Source of the DNA: Octopus vulgaris
Taxonomy: Eukaryota
Direction: 5' to 3'
Assembly: GCA_951406725.2 (NCBI GenBank)
Contig: OX597814.1
Location: 123,690,001-123,754,000 of the forward strand
Length of the DNA stretch: 64,000 nucleotides
Part shown: one piece after another, positions 48,383-63,202 of the stretch
How positions within the stretch are numbered: position 1 is the stretch's first letter
How the letters are laid out: the number at the start of each line of letters is the position of its first letter
Position numbers and translations under genes: made by a program
Notes under the pieces: generated by a model
What the model saw: only the letters and a program-made list of their open reading frames with translations
Told to the model about the DNA's origin: nothing
Database searches by the model: none

Positions 48383-49869
48383 TAATAATAATAATAATAA
48401 TAATGAAATTATTGTATACAGTGCTCAGGTGCACTACAACTTGTCAAAAGTGTGCATAAAACATATGCAGTAATGTACAAATGTCTGGGAAGTGAACAGT
48501 GTATGAGTCAGATACATGTTTGCGTGTGTATGGAGGGGAGAAAATCAGGTGTAGTGTTGGTGAATCTCAGGAAGTATAGAAATTTTGAAGGATGGGGAAG
48601 AAAGAGGTAGGCATAATGTATAAAAGAGTAAAGAAAAGACCTCAACTGGTTTTCATCAACAAAATGATCTATTCATTGAAGTACCATAAAAGTGGCTGAG
48701 TATTCCATAGATACGTGACATAGTTCTTAGGGAGAATGATTATGGTACAATAAGTGACTAGGCAAGCTGGGAAAATCGTTTGTTCACTGGGTGAAATGCT
48801 TAGTGGTAATTCATCTGCTCTTATGTTCTGAGTTCAAATTCTGCCGAGGTTGACTTTGCCTTTCATCCTTTCAGGGTCGATTAAATAAGTACCAGTTATG
48901 CACTGGGGTTGATATAATCGACTTAATCTGTTTGTCTGTCTTCATTTGTCCCCTCTGTGTGTAGCCCCTTGTGGGCAGTAAAGAAATAAGAAATGTTAGC
49001 ATGCCGGGTAAAGTGCTTGTGGCATTTCATGTCTTTACGTTCTAAGTTCAAATTCCACCGAGGTCGACTTTGCCTTTCATCCTTTCAGGGTCGATAAATT
49101 AAGTACCAGTTGCATACTGGGGTAGATCTAATCGACTGGCCCCCTCCCCCAAAATTTCGGGCCTTGTGCCTAAAATAGAAAAGAATATACTGTTGTTATG
49201 GTATATAGGCAACACGCAGTTGTTATGGTAAGCTATATGAAATTGCGTTAGTAGGCAATATGAAGCTGTTACACTAGCCACTAAGCTGTTATGATTGACA
49301 ATATGGCTTTGTTATAGTATGCTTTATGAGGTTGCTACAGGAGCCAATGTAGTTGCTATCATAGGTAATATAGCGTGAAGATTGGTAACACGAATTTGTC
49401 TTTTAGAAGATAATGTGAAGCTGTTGCAGTAGACAATATGGTTGGTTATGATATGCAACATGAGGTTGTTATTGCAGGCTTTCTCTTGCTATCTTTCTCT
49501 ATGTATGTGTGGTTAGAAATTTGCACGCTGGGCGAAATGCTTAGCAGTATTTCGTCTGCCGTTACATTCTGAGTTCAAATTCTGCCATAGTTGACTTTGC
49601 CTTTCATCCTTTCGGGGTAGATTAAATAAGTACCAGTTACGCACTGGGGTTGATGTAATTGACTTAATCCCTTTGTCTGTCCTTGTTTGTCCCCTCTGTG
49701 TTTAGCCCCTTGTGGGCAATAAAGAAATAAGAAATTTGCTTTGCAACCATACATTTAAGTGTTCAGTTCCACTGTGTGGTACCTTGGGCAAATGTCTTCT
49801 ACTACAGCCTCAGGCCAACCAAAGACTTGTGAGTGGATTTGGTAGACGGAAACTGAATGAGGGCTGTTG

Positions 49870-50694
49870 TATACATACCTACCTACCTACATACATACAT
49901 ACATACATACATTAACACACATACATGCATGCATACATACATACATACATACATACATACATACATGCATACATAAACACACACGCATGCATACATACAC
50001 ATACATACATACATACATACATACATACATACATACATACATACATACATAAACACACACGCATGCATACATACATGCATACATACATACATACATACAT
50101 ACATACATACATACATACATACATAAATACACACGCATGCATACATACATACACACACATACACCCACCGACATATGTGTGTGTTTGTCCCCTGCCACTG
50201 CTTGACAACTGGTGTTGGTGTGTTTACATCCTCATAACTTAGTGGTTCAGCAAAAGAAACCGATAGAATAATCACCAGGCTTAAAAAAGAGAAAATAAAT
50301 ACAAGAGCGGGGGGTCGATTCATTCAAACAAAATTCTTCATGGTGGTGCTCCAGCATGGCCGCTGTCTAATGATGAAACAAGTAAAAGATAAATGATATA
50401 TATGAAGTTATTAGAGAAAGCGACATCAAGTGTCGACTTAAATACCTCTAAATAGAAACCATTGCAATTATCTGAAGCACTTAGCTATACTTAACTCCAT
50501 TCATTTGATACATTCATTAACTCTCCCATCACATCCACACAGCCACATTCTATCATACATACTTCTGCACGCACACATACACACATACGTACACACACGT
50601 ACACACACGCACACACACACACAAACACATGGACACACTCACTCACGCACACATACATACACACACAAACACATGGACATACTCACTCACGCAC

Positions 50695-50731
<37 letters not shown>

Positions 50732-50897
50732 CACACACTCACTCACACACACGCATCACGCACACACCTATGCACTGACACGCACTCACTTGTGCACACA
50801 CTCCCATGCACTGGCACACACTCACTCGCACACACACACACTCCCTCTCTCCCTCTCTCTCTCTCTCTCACAAACACACCTGCACATTCACTCTCAT

Positions 50898-50930
<33 letters not shown>

Positions 50931-51300
50931 CACTCTCTCTCCCTCTTTCTCTCATGCATACACACACATAAGCACATACAAATATATTTCCATAAATATG
51001 GACACAGATACACATGCACATACACACACACACACATGCATATATATAGATATACACATACGCATACATGCACACATACATGCACACATACATACAAATA
51101 TGCATACATTCATACACACTGACACATAGAGTTCATGTGTATATACGCACACAGACATTGTAATATATACATATTCAGGCATAGAGAAACAATCACACAC
51201 TGCTTCAGTCATATACAAACATACCCACATACATACACATACACATGCACACACCCAAGCACACAGAAACACATACAGACAAACACAAACACAAAGACAC
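49870..51300. repeat. (ACAT)n and (CA)n microsatellite-rich region
   Basis: Visible tetra- and dinucleotide tracts at 49870-50165 and 50570-51300. Confidence 0.9.
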
Positions 51301-54300
51301 GCTCATTCCTTCAAAAAGAGGGGAAACAAAATGATCACAAACAACGAAAAAAGGATTTCTGAAGAAAAAGTCAGGGTAAGTCAAGAATTAATCCCCTTTA
51401 ATCCGTTAATCTGTATTTGAGAACATCCCAATGTTCTTAGATGTTTAAGATGAATATAGTCAGTTATTGGTGTGCCATTTTGGATTGAGAGAAAAATCAT
51501 GTGAATGTTAAATTCAAGCATTACTTTAAAGCAAGTTTTAGAACAACAAAGAGCATTTACTTACAGGGAGCTGAGACCATTGAGAATAGAATCAAATTTA
51601 TTTCAAAATTTATGTTGTCTATAATTTAAAGTTTCCTCATTGAATAAGCTCAAACTTCTAGTCAATACAAACTTAATGAGAAAAGCATGTATCAAATTTT
51701 TAGTAATTCACTAATAAACATCTATCTAGTATATAAGTGCTGTGAAACATAATTTAATTTATTTAGGTTATTTATATTAATATTATTTATTAGAGCTATT
51801 TGTTAATTCTGTTTATTAAAAATCTTTATTAATTTTGTTTACCAAAGTTATTTAGAATGTAAATTCCTGGACTCTTTACATCATTCTTACAGAGTATGTT
51901 TACAATACTTATATCTGCATTAAGGAAGTGAGCTGCCAAAATAGTTAGCACACAGGTCAAAATGCTTAATGGCATTTCGTCCAACTTTATGTTCTGAGTT
52001 CAAATTCTGCTGAGGTTGACCTTGTTTTTCATCCTTTCAAGGTCAATTAAACACGACCCCAGTAGAACTCCGGGGTCAGTTTAATCAACTTATCCCCTCC
52101 TCCAAATCGCTGGCTTTGTGTTAAAATTTGAAATCAATATTTATATCTACATTATGCTTCAAATGGTTCTTTCTCTGACAGTCATCAGCTGTTTTATTCC
52201 TGGGTAATAAGTGTATAATTTTCAACTGCATCCCATTGTGGGGCCATGGCTTGGAAGTTCCAGGGTTTTAAGGAATATGGAACCATTGCTTAGCCACTAA
52301 TGTTCCCAAGTCCACTTTGACCCAGAGTCATCTGTCACAGTCCAAGCTGTTGGTCAATTAGCATGAAAAAGAAACCTCGGGAGGTGGGTCACTCACATAT
52401 ACACCTCATAGACCCAGGGTAGATGAGGCACATCAGCTCTTCAGATGCTCATCAGAAAAAAAGATAACTCTAACCAAATTCTGCATCCTGATAACTACTG
52501 GGCTCATGGCACCTGTTGTACCAGACTAATACAATTCTGAAGAATGAGAAAGTGAGGTTGGCTCTGTCCAAGTTATGCACACTATGATAATGAACCCCAA
52601 CTGTCTTGTGGGGTAATTCATTGAGCATTTAAAAAAAGGCTAAGAGAGTAAGCCACTACAGAAAATCCAGAGGGAGGGACCCTAAGGCAGATATGTATGG
52701 TAATGCTTAACCAATATCTGGCATACATTGCAGCTCCATAAATGTTACAAAGTGGTTGAGCTCCTTTCGAATGTTGGGCCTCACAGAGGCAATGACTGAG
52801 ATCTTTGGCATTATGTTATGCTTGGGAAGAAGACACACCAAACCAAGTAAAATAGTAGTCGTGGCAGATACCGGTGTCACGTAAATGCCAGTGGCATGTA
52901 AAAGCACCTTTTGAGCATTGGGCCTTATGGAAGCAAGGACCAAGTCCATTTGGCATTATGCTGTGCTTGAAAAGAAGACCCATAAAGCCAAGTAAAACCA
53001 CAGTCATGGCAGATACTGGTGTCATGCAAATGGCACCTGTGCCAGTGGAACGTAAAAGCACCCATTACAGTCTCAGAGTGGTTTGCATTAGGAAGGGAAT
53101 CCAGCCATAGAAACCATGCCGAAGCAGACTGGAGTTTGGTCAGACTGCCCAACCCATGCCAGCATGGATAATGGACGTTAAATGATGATGATGATATTGA
53201 CTTGCTTTACTTTTGTGACTTATCCATGAGTGGAGGGGTAATAGATGTACCTGGGGCAAGGCAATGGCTTCTGGAAAGAGCCCAGTCACAGCAGAAGTGG
53301 TTCAGTTACTGTCTCTGCAATACCAGAGACATCAATAAAAATAATACCAACCAACATGGTTTCTGACTGGGCTTGAATTATGGACCGTATAATATATTCA
53401 GGAATTAGACACCTGAGGGCAATCAAAGACTAAACCAAATAAAAGCAGTGTCATCATCATCATCGTCGTCATCGTCACCATCACCATCATCATCATCATC
53501 ATCATCATTGTCGTCGTCATCACCATCACCATCGTCATTGTCACCACCACCTCCGCCACCAACATCATCATTGGTTTTAATGTTCTGCTTTTCCATGCAT
53601 ATATGGCCTGATGTAGTTAATTGAGGAAGAATTTTCTAGGGCTGGATGCCCTTTCTGTCACTACCCTTCACTTGTTTCCTGCTAAGGTAACAGTTCCCCA
53701 TGGCTGGACATGTCTTTATAGCAGACTGAAAACAAGGGACTCTACTCGTATGGTGATGTTTTTGTTTTTTAATTATCGCATTATATCAAGACAAAGAGAA
53801 ACAAATATGCACACATACATACACACACACATACACACACACATACATACAATCTACAACTCAAGGCAGCGAGCTGGCAGAATTGTTAGCACACCAGGTG
53901 AAATGCTTAGTGGTATTTCATATGTCTTCACGTTCTGAGTTCAAATTCCGCCGAGCTCAATTTTGCTTTTCACCCTTTCGGGGTCGATAAATTAAGTACA
54001 GTTACACACTGGGGTTGATGTAATTGACTTAATCCCTTTGTCTGTCCTTGTTTGTCCCCTCTATGTGTAGCCCCTTGTGGGCAATGAAGAAATAATGATC
54101 TACACCTCATAGAAAATGTATGTTGAATGATGATGATGATAATACACAGGCTTCTTTCAGTTTCTATCTACCAAAGCCACTCACAAAGCTTTGGTCAGCC
54201 TGAGATTACAGTGTCACACAGTGGAACTGAACCCAAAACCGCATGGTTCAGAAGCAAGCCCTTTATGTGTACAGCCATATACATAACACAGATGAGGTAA

Positions 54301-54617
54301 ACAATCTAAGAATTATAATCTAAATAACAATTCCTTCTAGACGTTTAGACATTTAAATTCTTTCATATTGGTAAATAATTCTTTAGCAACAGTTTGAATT
54401 CTAACTGGTAATTCAAGAAATATTGATGCTCAATCATTATTTGAAGTTTCAATTAATGTTTTATATTTCTTGTCAATAGTTTTGTGTAGTTATAACCTGA
54501 AGAGAAAGTTAGATTAATGGAGAGGAAACATTTGAAAATTTTCATTGAATGACGATGGCATTGTAACTATGGAAACAATACTAAACATTATTATTACTAT
54601 CATCATCATCATCATCA

Positions 54618-54670
<53 letters not shown>

Positions 54671-55216
54671 GGTGGTGGTGAGTTGGCAGAATTGTTAGTG
54701 CATAGGACAAAATGCTTACTGGCATTTCTTTCAGTTTTGCATTCTCAGTTCTAGCATCTCTGTGGATGATTTTTACCTTACATCATTTTGGGGTTGATGA
54801 AATAAATATCAGTTGAACACTGGGACCAATATAATCAACTTACTCCTTTTCTTATAATTGCTGGCCTTGTGCAAAAATTTGAAACAATTATTATTATTAT
54901 TATTGTTGCTGTTGTTGTTAAGGCAATGAGCTTACAGAATTGTTAGCATGTTGGACAAAATTTGCAGAGTCAGCTTTACCTTTCATCCTTTTGGGGTTGA
55001 TAAAATAAAGTACCAGGTGAGCCAGCTGAGTACCGGGCTCAGTATTATTGACTAAATGCTTCCTCCTAAAATTATTGTTACTTGGTCTTTACCCATCACT
55101 ATACTGCCAGTAAAAATATTTGTCGATCATACACAGTCCTTCTTTTAACACTAGACTGTTATATAGTGGAAGACTCATGAGTTATTTATGGTGACAATGC
55201 TTTACCTATCTATTTA

Positions 55217-55256
<40 letters not shown>

Positions 55257-55389
55257 TCACACACACACTAGTGTACACACACATGTGTACACACACACAC
55301 ACTCTCTTTCTCTCTCTCTCTCTTTCTCACTGTAATTCCCTCTCAACAACAATCTGTTTTTTTTCTTGAAACAGATTTTAATTCTATCG

Positions 55390-55473
<84 letters not shown>

Positions 55474-55871
55474 CCCTCTCTCTTCAACACTGATTTTCTC
55501 ATTCAACAACAACAACAACCTGTCATAGTGAAAGTATTTTTTTAAAGTATGTGTTGTGTTTTCTCTATGTTGAGAGACATACAGAAACACAAAGATACAC
55601 ATACATACACACACACACAAAAAAAATAACTATATTGTTACGTAATGAAAGTCCTTTTTTTTGAAGCTGTGTTGCTGTTCCTTTGTCTCTATGTTGAAAG
55701 ATATACAGAAACACATACACACATACACACACAACCAAACGAATAACTACATATATTGTTATACAAAATGAAAGTTTTTTTTAAGCTGTGTTGCGTTGTA
55801 TTGACAAACTGGCACTTAAAATTCTTGTGTTTTTAATCAAAATTTGTCAGTTACTATGGTGACAACACCAC

Positions 55872-55947
<76 letters not shown>

Positions 55948-56469
55948 TACCTACCTATGTATCTGTACCCACACACCCCACTCACCTACACACACACTCT
56001 CTTTCTCACACCGTATTTCTCTCTCAACAGCAACTTTTTCTCCTCCCCTTTTTCTAAAAATCTATTTTGATTCCTCTCCTTTTCCCCCCTCCCTCTAATA
56101 GATGTTGTGAGGACAGACAGATGGAGATCTGCTTCTCTTTTATAATATAAAATTGTTCTTGTTGTTGTTGCTAAGGCAGCAAGCTGACAGAATTGCTAGC
56201 ATATTGGACAAAATGGTTAGTGGCATTCTGATTTTTTCCATTCTGAGTTCAAATTCCTCCAGAGTTAACTTTACCTTTCATCTTTTTGGGGTTGATAGAA
56301 TAAGTACTAGTCGAGCCATTTGTGTACTGGGTTCATTGTAATTGACATAATACCTCCCCCTAAAATTGCTGGACTTGTGACAAAATTTGCAGATTTTTAT
56401 TTTACTATTGTATTATTATTTCATTAGTGCATACTTATTTAGTTAGCAAGTATTTTATCTTGAGGTTTA

Positions 56470-57400
56470 GTGACAACAAGTCCCCTCAAATATCAAAAAT
56501 CCTTATTAGAATTCTTGTAAGATACAGGATGGTACTTTTCTGCAAGTCAGCAAGGCAAGTTACAATCCCAGTCTCTTTCATTCCTACAGGTAACATTTTG
56601 GGATTTGTGCCAAGTGCACCAAATACCACAGGAATAATTGTTGTCTTGGTCTTCCACAGTCTCCTCAGCTCTCTGACTAGATCCTGATATTACTAGCTGC
56701 AAAGTCAATAATCGCATACTGTTTGTTTATTTTGTCCTCTATAATCATATCTGGTCTTCTTATTTCAATAGTATGGTCAGTCTTTATGAGATTTCCTATG
56801 GGACTGAAGTCCCATAGGATCCTGTAATTCTCATTCTTTGTCACAGCCTCTGGTCAGTATTCATACCACTTTTCTGTTGTTTTGAAGTTACACACTTAAC
56901 TAACATCCCAATGCACTCTTTTGCCTACACAGTCATGCCTGCACTTATACTCCTTTTGTGCTAGTATACTGCACTCACTCAAAATGTGACACTCTCATCT
57001 CCTTTTCCATAGATTCTAAATTTGCTGTCTGAGTTTTGGCAATCTTTGCCTTTATCAAATTTATTCTAAGGGCTTGTTCCTGAGTGGCTATAATTAGCAT
57101 TTCTGTTTCTTGTTTCAAATTCTTATCAGCCAAATCCATCAATCTTCACTTCCAACATTCTTGGTTTGTTGCATGAATTGGCTATGCAGTTCCATTTCCT
57201 TTCATTTCTTTATTCTGTGGTTTTTCTTTTTCTCTTTGATTTCTCTTACTGTTTCACTCACTCTTCAGGTATCTCTGGCTGCCGAAAGTATTCTTTCTTT
57301 ACAGTGTACAACATAAATTTCATGCCCAGTGTTGCAGTACTAACAACATCTTCCATGTTTATCCTTAATATTATCCTACATGTTCCTGCATTACTGTTTT
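56470..57400 (-). mobile_element. Degenerate Dong/R4-like retrotransposon 3' fragment
   Basis: Minus-strand translation gives PEAVTKNENYRILWDF, RRPDMII and YQDLVRELRRLWKTKTTIIPVVFGALGT, with stops and frameshifts. Confidence 0.75.
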
Positions 57401-57419
57401 GTTCAAGGTATATATGTAT

Positions 57420-57491
<72 letters not shown>

Positions 57492-59344
57492 GTTTAACGT
57501 CCGTTTTCCATGCTAGTATGTGTTGGACAGTTCGACCGGGGTCTGGGAAGCCAGGAGGCTGCACCAGGCTCCAGTCTGATCTGGCAGTGTTTCTACAGCT
57601 GAATGCCCTTCGTAACACCAACCACTCCGTGAGTGTAGTGGGTGCTTTTTACGTGCCACCGGCACAGGTGAGGCTGGCAACGGCCACGATTGGTTGGTGC
57701 TTTTTATGTGTCACTGGTACAGAAGCCAGTCAAGGCGGCACTGGCATCAGCCACGTTCAGATGGTGCTTTTTACGTGCCACTGGCACAGGTATCACAACT
57801 ACAATTTCCATTTGATTTTTTGATGTTGAGAGAAGGGGAGAAAGGGAGACTAACAGAGAGAAAGGAAGAGAAGGTACGATATTATTTTGCATATGTGCGT
57901 TCAAATCACAAGCACAATCAAAATGTTTAACATAGTGAAACAATGTCATGAAGATTTATAAATTCTTTATTTCCTTCTTTTGTTTGGATTTCATTTCATA
58001 CTGTCAATGAATGATTTTCATTTGTTAATTATTTATTAAACCAACTGAACACATTATAAATTATAGCAGTTAATTTCAAAGAAACAGAAAAAGAAAGTGG
58101 GATGTTGAGCAGCAGAAGATAGAGGTGGAGGGAGTAATAGGTCTTACACTTCAGAACAAATGGTGTACTCAGATATACTGAGAGATAGTTAAATTAAAGG
58201 GAAATAACCTCAGCAAATAGCTATGGATGATACACTTTTATCTTTTACATATTCCAGACCAAAAGTTGTTGCCATGCTGGGGCATGCCATTATCAATATA
58301 TTTTTTGTTATTTGGTTTAAATACTTACGGGTATTAAGAGAGTAGAGAGATACAAAATGGAATGCAGATATGAGAGTTAATTAGCCAGCTGTCTGGCTCA
58401 CTAGATAGATAAATAGGTATGTAGGTGAGTCTATAGATATATATGTAAGGTGGCTGGTGTTAGGAAGGGCATCCAACTATAAAAACCCTGCCAAAATAGA
58501 CAGTGAAACCTGGTGCAAACATCTGCCAAGACAGCCCCTGTTAAACTGTCCAACTCATGCCAGCATGGAAAAAGGATGTAATAGGTGAACTGAACTGAAA
58601 TGAAAAGAAATGGGAAAAAATGAAAAAAAATCTCAATTGGTAAATTACTGTGACTGAGCCTTGGTGGGGCTGGATAGCGAAAAGTGTAGTTTTATATATA
58701 TATATATTGATTTGGCTCCAATCTCTGCCAAATCAAGATTGGAGCCTGGTGCAGCCATCTGGTTCGCTAGCCTTCAGTCAAACCCGTCCAACCCATGCTA
58801 GCATGGAAAGCAGACGTTAAATGATGATGATGATGATGATGACGATGATGATCATCGTCATCGTTTAATGTCCGTTTTCCATGCTGGCATGGGTCGGATG
58901 GTTTGACTGGGGATTGGCAAACCAGGAGGCTGCACCAGGCTCTAATCTGATCTGGCAATGCTTCTACAGCCGGATGTCCTTCCTAATGCCAACCACTCCG
59001 AGAGTGTAGTGTGTACTTTTTACTTGCCACCAACAAAAGAGCCAGTCAGGTGGTACTGGCATCGGCCATGTTCAGATGGTGCTTTTTATGTGCCACCGGC
59101 ATGAATAAGTTGTTTTATCTTTTTAATTCATCTTTTATTTCCTTAAATTAAAAACCACATCATATCTGTCAAACATATTAAGAAATGAAAAATAAGCAAT
59201 GGCTTCTAAGTTCATTTCAATTATATTTAAAAGTGCAGCTTTGATTAAATGACAGGATTTCAAAAGAATATTTTGAAATTCCTTGCTTGTGTTTAATATA
59301 ACATGTTTTAAAATAAGCTGAATATCCACAGGTCCTGCTAGTTA

Positions 59345-59655
59345 TTATTATTATTATAATTATTATTATTATATGTTTGACTTTTGCTTTGTATTTGTAT
59401 ACATTGACTCCAAGTCTCACTCAGAGACCTCAAGAGACAACAAGTTAGAAGTTCATGTTGGTGTTATACCTAGGGTGTCATATATTTGGTTTTGCACAAA
59501 GTATCATTCTAGAGAATGTTCAAGAAAACATAAAAAAATTATGAGTTTGTTTTAAAGTTTGACATTACACAGACAATATTTTATTTAGGTTATGGGAAGT
59601 TGCCATGAGCACTGTCTTTTGAATTTCTGCCTTTTTGGGGTTCCTGGTATCTGAA
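59345..59655 (-). mobile_element. Short 3' end of a Dong/R4-like element embedded in TAA repeats
   Basis: AEIQKTVLMATSHNLNKILSV* resembles the C-terminus of the 46419 ORF (EVQKIVLTGTSHVLRRALSM*); TTA tracts on both sides. Confidence 0.65.
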
Positions 59656-59782
59656 CTACTACTACTACTACTACTATTATTATTATTATTATCATTATTA
59701 TTATCACATTTATTATTATTATTATCATTATTATTATTATTATCATTATCATTATTATTATTATTACTATTATTATTTATTA

Positions 59783-59862
<80 letters not shown>

Positions 59863-59863
59863 G

Positions 59864-59944
<81 letters not shown>

Positions 59945-60137
59945 GGGCTGGGAGAATCATTAGCATGCCGGGTAGATTGCTTAACAGCATTTTGCCCGTC
60001 ACTACCTTCTGAGTTAAAATTCCACCAGGTTCGACTTTGCCTTTCATCCTTTCGGAAACACTGGGGTTGATGTAATCGACTATTCCTGTCCTCAAAAATT
60101 TGAGGCCTTATGCTTCCAATATAAAGGATTATTATTG

Positions 60138-60207
<70 letters not shown>

Positions 60208-60232
60208 CATTATTATTATTATTATCATTATT
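59655..60232. repeat. (TTA)n/(ATCATT)n microsatellite with an embedded SINE
   Basis: Visible triplet tracts. Confidence 0.92.
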
Positions 60233-60719
60233 TGAGCTGGGGGAATTGTTAGCATGGTGGGCAAAATGCTTAGCAGTATTTTGTCAATCTTTATGTTCTG
60301 AGTTCAAATTATGTTTATGTTCATCTTTATGTTCTCCATCTTCATGTTCTGGGTTCAACAACACGAGCACATGGTACAAGTAAAGTATTAGCAGACACTC
60401 AGGGAAGGAAAGAGAGGTAGTTTTAAGTTTCGAGCAAATATCTTCTTCAGAAACAGGAGACAGACGAAAGTCCAATAGAAAAGGAAGATGAAGGAAAAAT
60501 AAAAATCGTCAATGATTCACATGTGGTTAAATTTTGAAAATGTGTGTATATATATATATATATATACTGTTGAAAATTTGTATTTTGCAACTGAAGATGG
60601 CATTGTATTTCAAATTGATGTAATGCTTGTTCAATTAATTGGAGCTGCCTGAAACGTCCATATTGCATTAATACCTTGACATCCTTGTTACTTATTTGCT
60701 TTATATATATATATATATA

Positions 60720-61013
60720 TATTGTATAAAGGATTGTGGGTAAGGCCAGAACAATGTGAAGTAAATGCAAGGCATATCCCAAGAAAACAAATATATGAAT
60801 TAATGTAGACTTACCTTGCATTCAATATTTAGGGGTTATGACCCCATTTTCAAGAAAGCGGCAACATTCATTAATTTCTTGGAAATGAAGTCATAACCAA
60901 TGAAATATTGAATACAAGGTTAGTCTACATTAATTCACATATTTTTTTTCTTGGGATTTGCCTTGTATTTACTTCACATTGTTCTGGCTTTACCTATGGT
61001 CCTTCATACAATA
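60720..61013. mobile_element. Fold-back MITE with ~120-bp arms
   Basis: 60720-60842 and about 60890-61013 are imperfect reverse complements (e.g. CCAGAACAATGTGAAGTAAAT / ATTTACTTCACATTGTTCTGG). Confidence 0.8.
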
Positions 61014-61037
61014 CACACACACACACACACATACATG

Positions 61038-61409
61038 CAGGGTGATTCAAAAGTCTCCATACATAGGAAAAAATAATTTTTTTATAAGAAACAGTTTATA
61101 AGATCCCCTAGATCCCCTGATCTGACCCCTCTTGATTTTTATCTTTAGGGCCATTTGAAAGGCACAGTATATCACTGAAAGATAAAAGACATAAATCATT
61201 TGAAGGAACACATCACCGACTCATTTGCACACGTATCACCGGATGTGCTATTATGAGTTCACAATGAGTGGGTTAAACGTATTGCAATGTGTATTCAAAA
61301 CAATGGTAGCCATATAGAGACTGCTAAATAAAAAAAAAATCGTTCTTATAAACTGTTTCTTATAAAAACATAAATTGCTCTTATGTATGGTGACTTTTGA
61401 ATCACCTTG
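61038..61409 (+). mobile_element. Internally deleted Tc1/mariner-superfamily (DD37D-like) element
   Basis: TIRs CAGGGTGATTCAAAAGTC / GACTTTTGAATCACCTTG; remnant PRSPDLTPLDFYL*GHLKG.VY and KRIAMCIQNNGSHIE. Confidence 0.82.
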
Positions 61410-61489
61410 TATATATATAAATATTTTTTTCTGTGCAAATGGTTTTGTTATATGGTGACAAGTTTTACAATCCTGTAAATAATAACAAT

Positions 61490-61527
<38 letters not shown>

Positions 61528-62574
61528 GTTGGCACAAAAAAGCACCATCCAATCGTGGCCGTTTGCCAGCCTCGTCTGGCACCTGTGCCAGTGGTACGTA
61601 AAAAGCAGCCACTACACTCACGGAGTGGTTGGCGTTAGGAAGGGCATCCAGCCGTAGAAACATTGCCAGATCAGACTGGGCCTGGTGCAGCCTTCTGGCT
61701 TCCCAGACTCCAGTTGAACCGTCCAACCCATGCTAGCATGGAAAGCGGACGCTAAACGATGATGATGATGATGATGATGATGATATATGTATATCACTGT
61801 GATCACCGTAACCGAGCAGGCTATCAGATGTTGCTACACATCGCTGGTCACAATGCGCTTTTGCATTGTTTTAGCCTTCAAATGATGCCACCCCACTGGC
61901 TAAGCAAGCAGGCCAACAGAAGAAAGTGTGAGAGAAAGTTGTGGCGAAAGAGTACAGCAGGGATTACCACCACCCCCTGCCAGAGCCTCGTGGAGCTTTA
62001 GGTGTTTTCGCTCAATAAACACTCACAACGCCCGGTCTGGGAATCGAAACTGCGATCCTACAACCACGAGTCCATTGCCCTAACCACTGGGCCATTGTGC
62101 CTCCACAAACACACACACACACATATATATATGTATATGTATGTATGTATATATCATTCTTAGGAAACTGCTTACTTCCCTCAATCCATTGTCTGTATCC
62201 TCTCTTATGCTCTCCTCCTTGTACTTTGAAGGGTGCTCTGGCAACACATCCCAACTGTCGTTCTCTTCTTTCCAGCTACTCCCATTCTCCCTTATATAAC
62301 GTGGGGAAGCCATGTATCTTCTCTAAAGCAAGATTTTTGTGCTTGTCCCTCTGTCATACCTGCCATAAAACCACCTTACCTTCTCAAATATCTTCTCCTC
62401 TACTTACTCTTTTACTTGTTTCAGTCATTTGACTGCAGTCATGCTGGAGTACCGCCTTTAGTCGAGCAAATCGACCCCAGGACTTATTCTTTGCAAGCCT
62501 AGTACTTATTCTATCAGTCTCTTTTCCTGAACCACTAAGTTACGAGGACATAAACACACCAGCATTGGTTGTCA

Positions 62575-62609
62575 AGATGACAAAGATGATGATGACAATG
62601 ATGATGATG

Positions 62610-62683
<74 letters not shown>

Positions 62684-63046
62684 GATGATGATGATGATGA
62701 TGATGATGATGGTAATGATGATGGTGATGGTGATGACGAAGATTATAAAGATGATGATGATGATGATGATTATGATGATGGTGGTGGTGGTGGTGGTGGT
62801 GAGGATGATGATGATGATGATGATGATGAGGTGGGGAAGGAGGTGTGTTGGAGGAGAGGGAGGAGGTGATTGGGGAGTACAGGAGGAGGAAGAGGAGGGA
62901 GGGGAAGGGAGGAGTACAAGGACGACAACAACAATGATAATGACAATGATGATGATGGTGATGATGGTGATGATGCAATGATTATGATGATGATGATGAT
63001 GAGGATGATGATGATGAGGATGATGATGATGATGGTGATGATGATG

Positions 63047-63118
<72 letters not shown>

Positions 63119-63202
63119 GTTATGAAGATGATAATGATGATGATGATGATGATGGTGATGATGATGGTGATGATGACAGTGATAATGATGATGATGATGA
63201 TA
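62575..63202. repeat. (GAT)n/(GGT)n microsatellite
   Basis: Visible triplet tracts. Confidence 0.95.
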
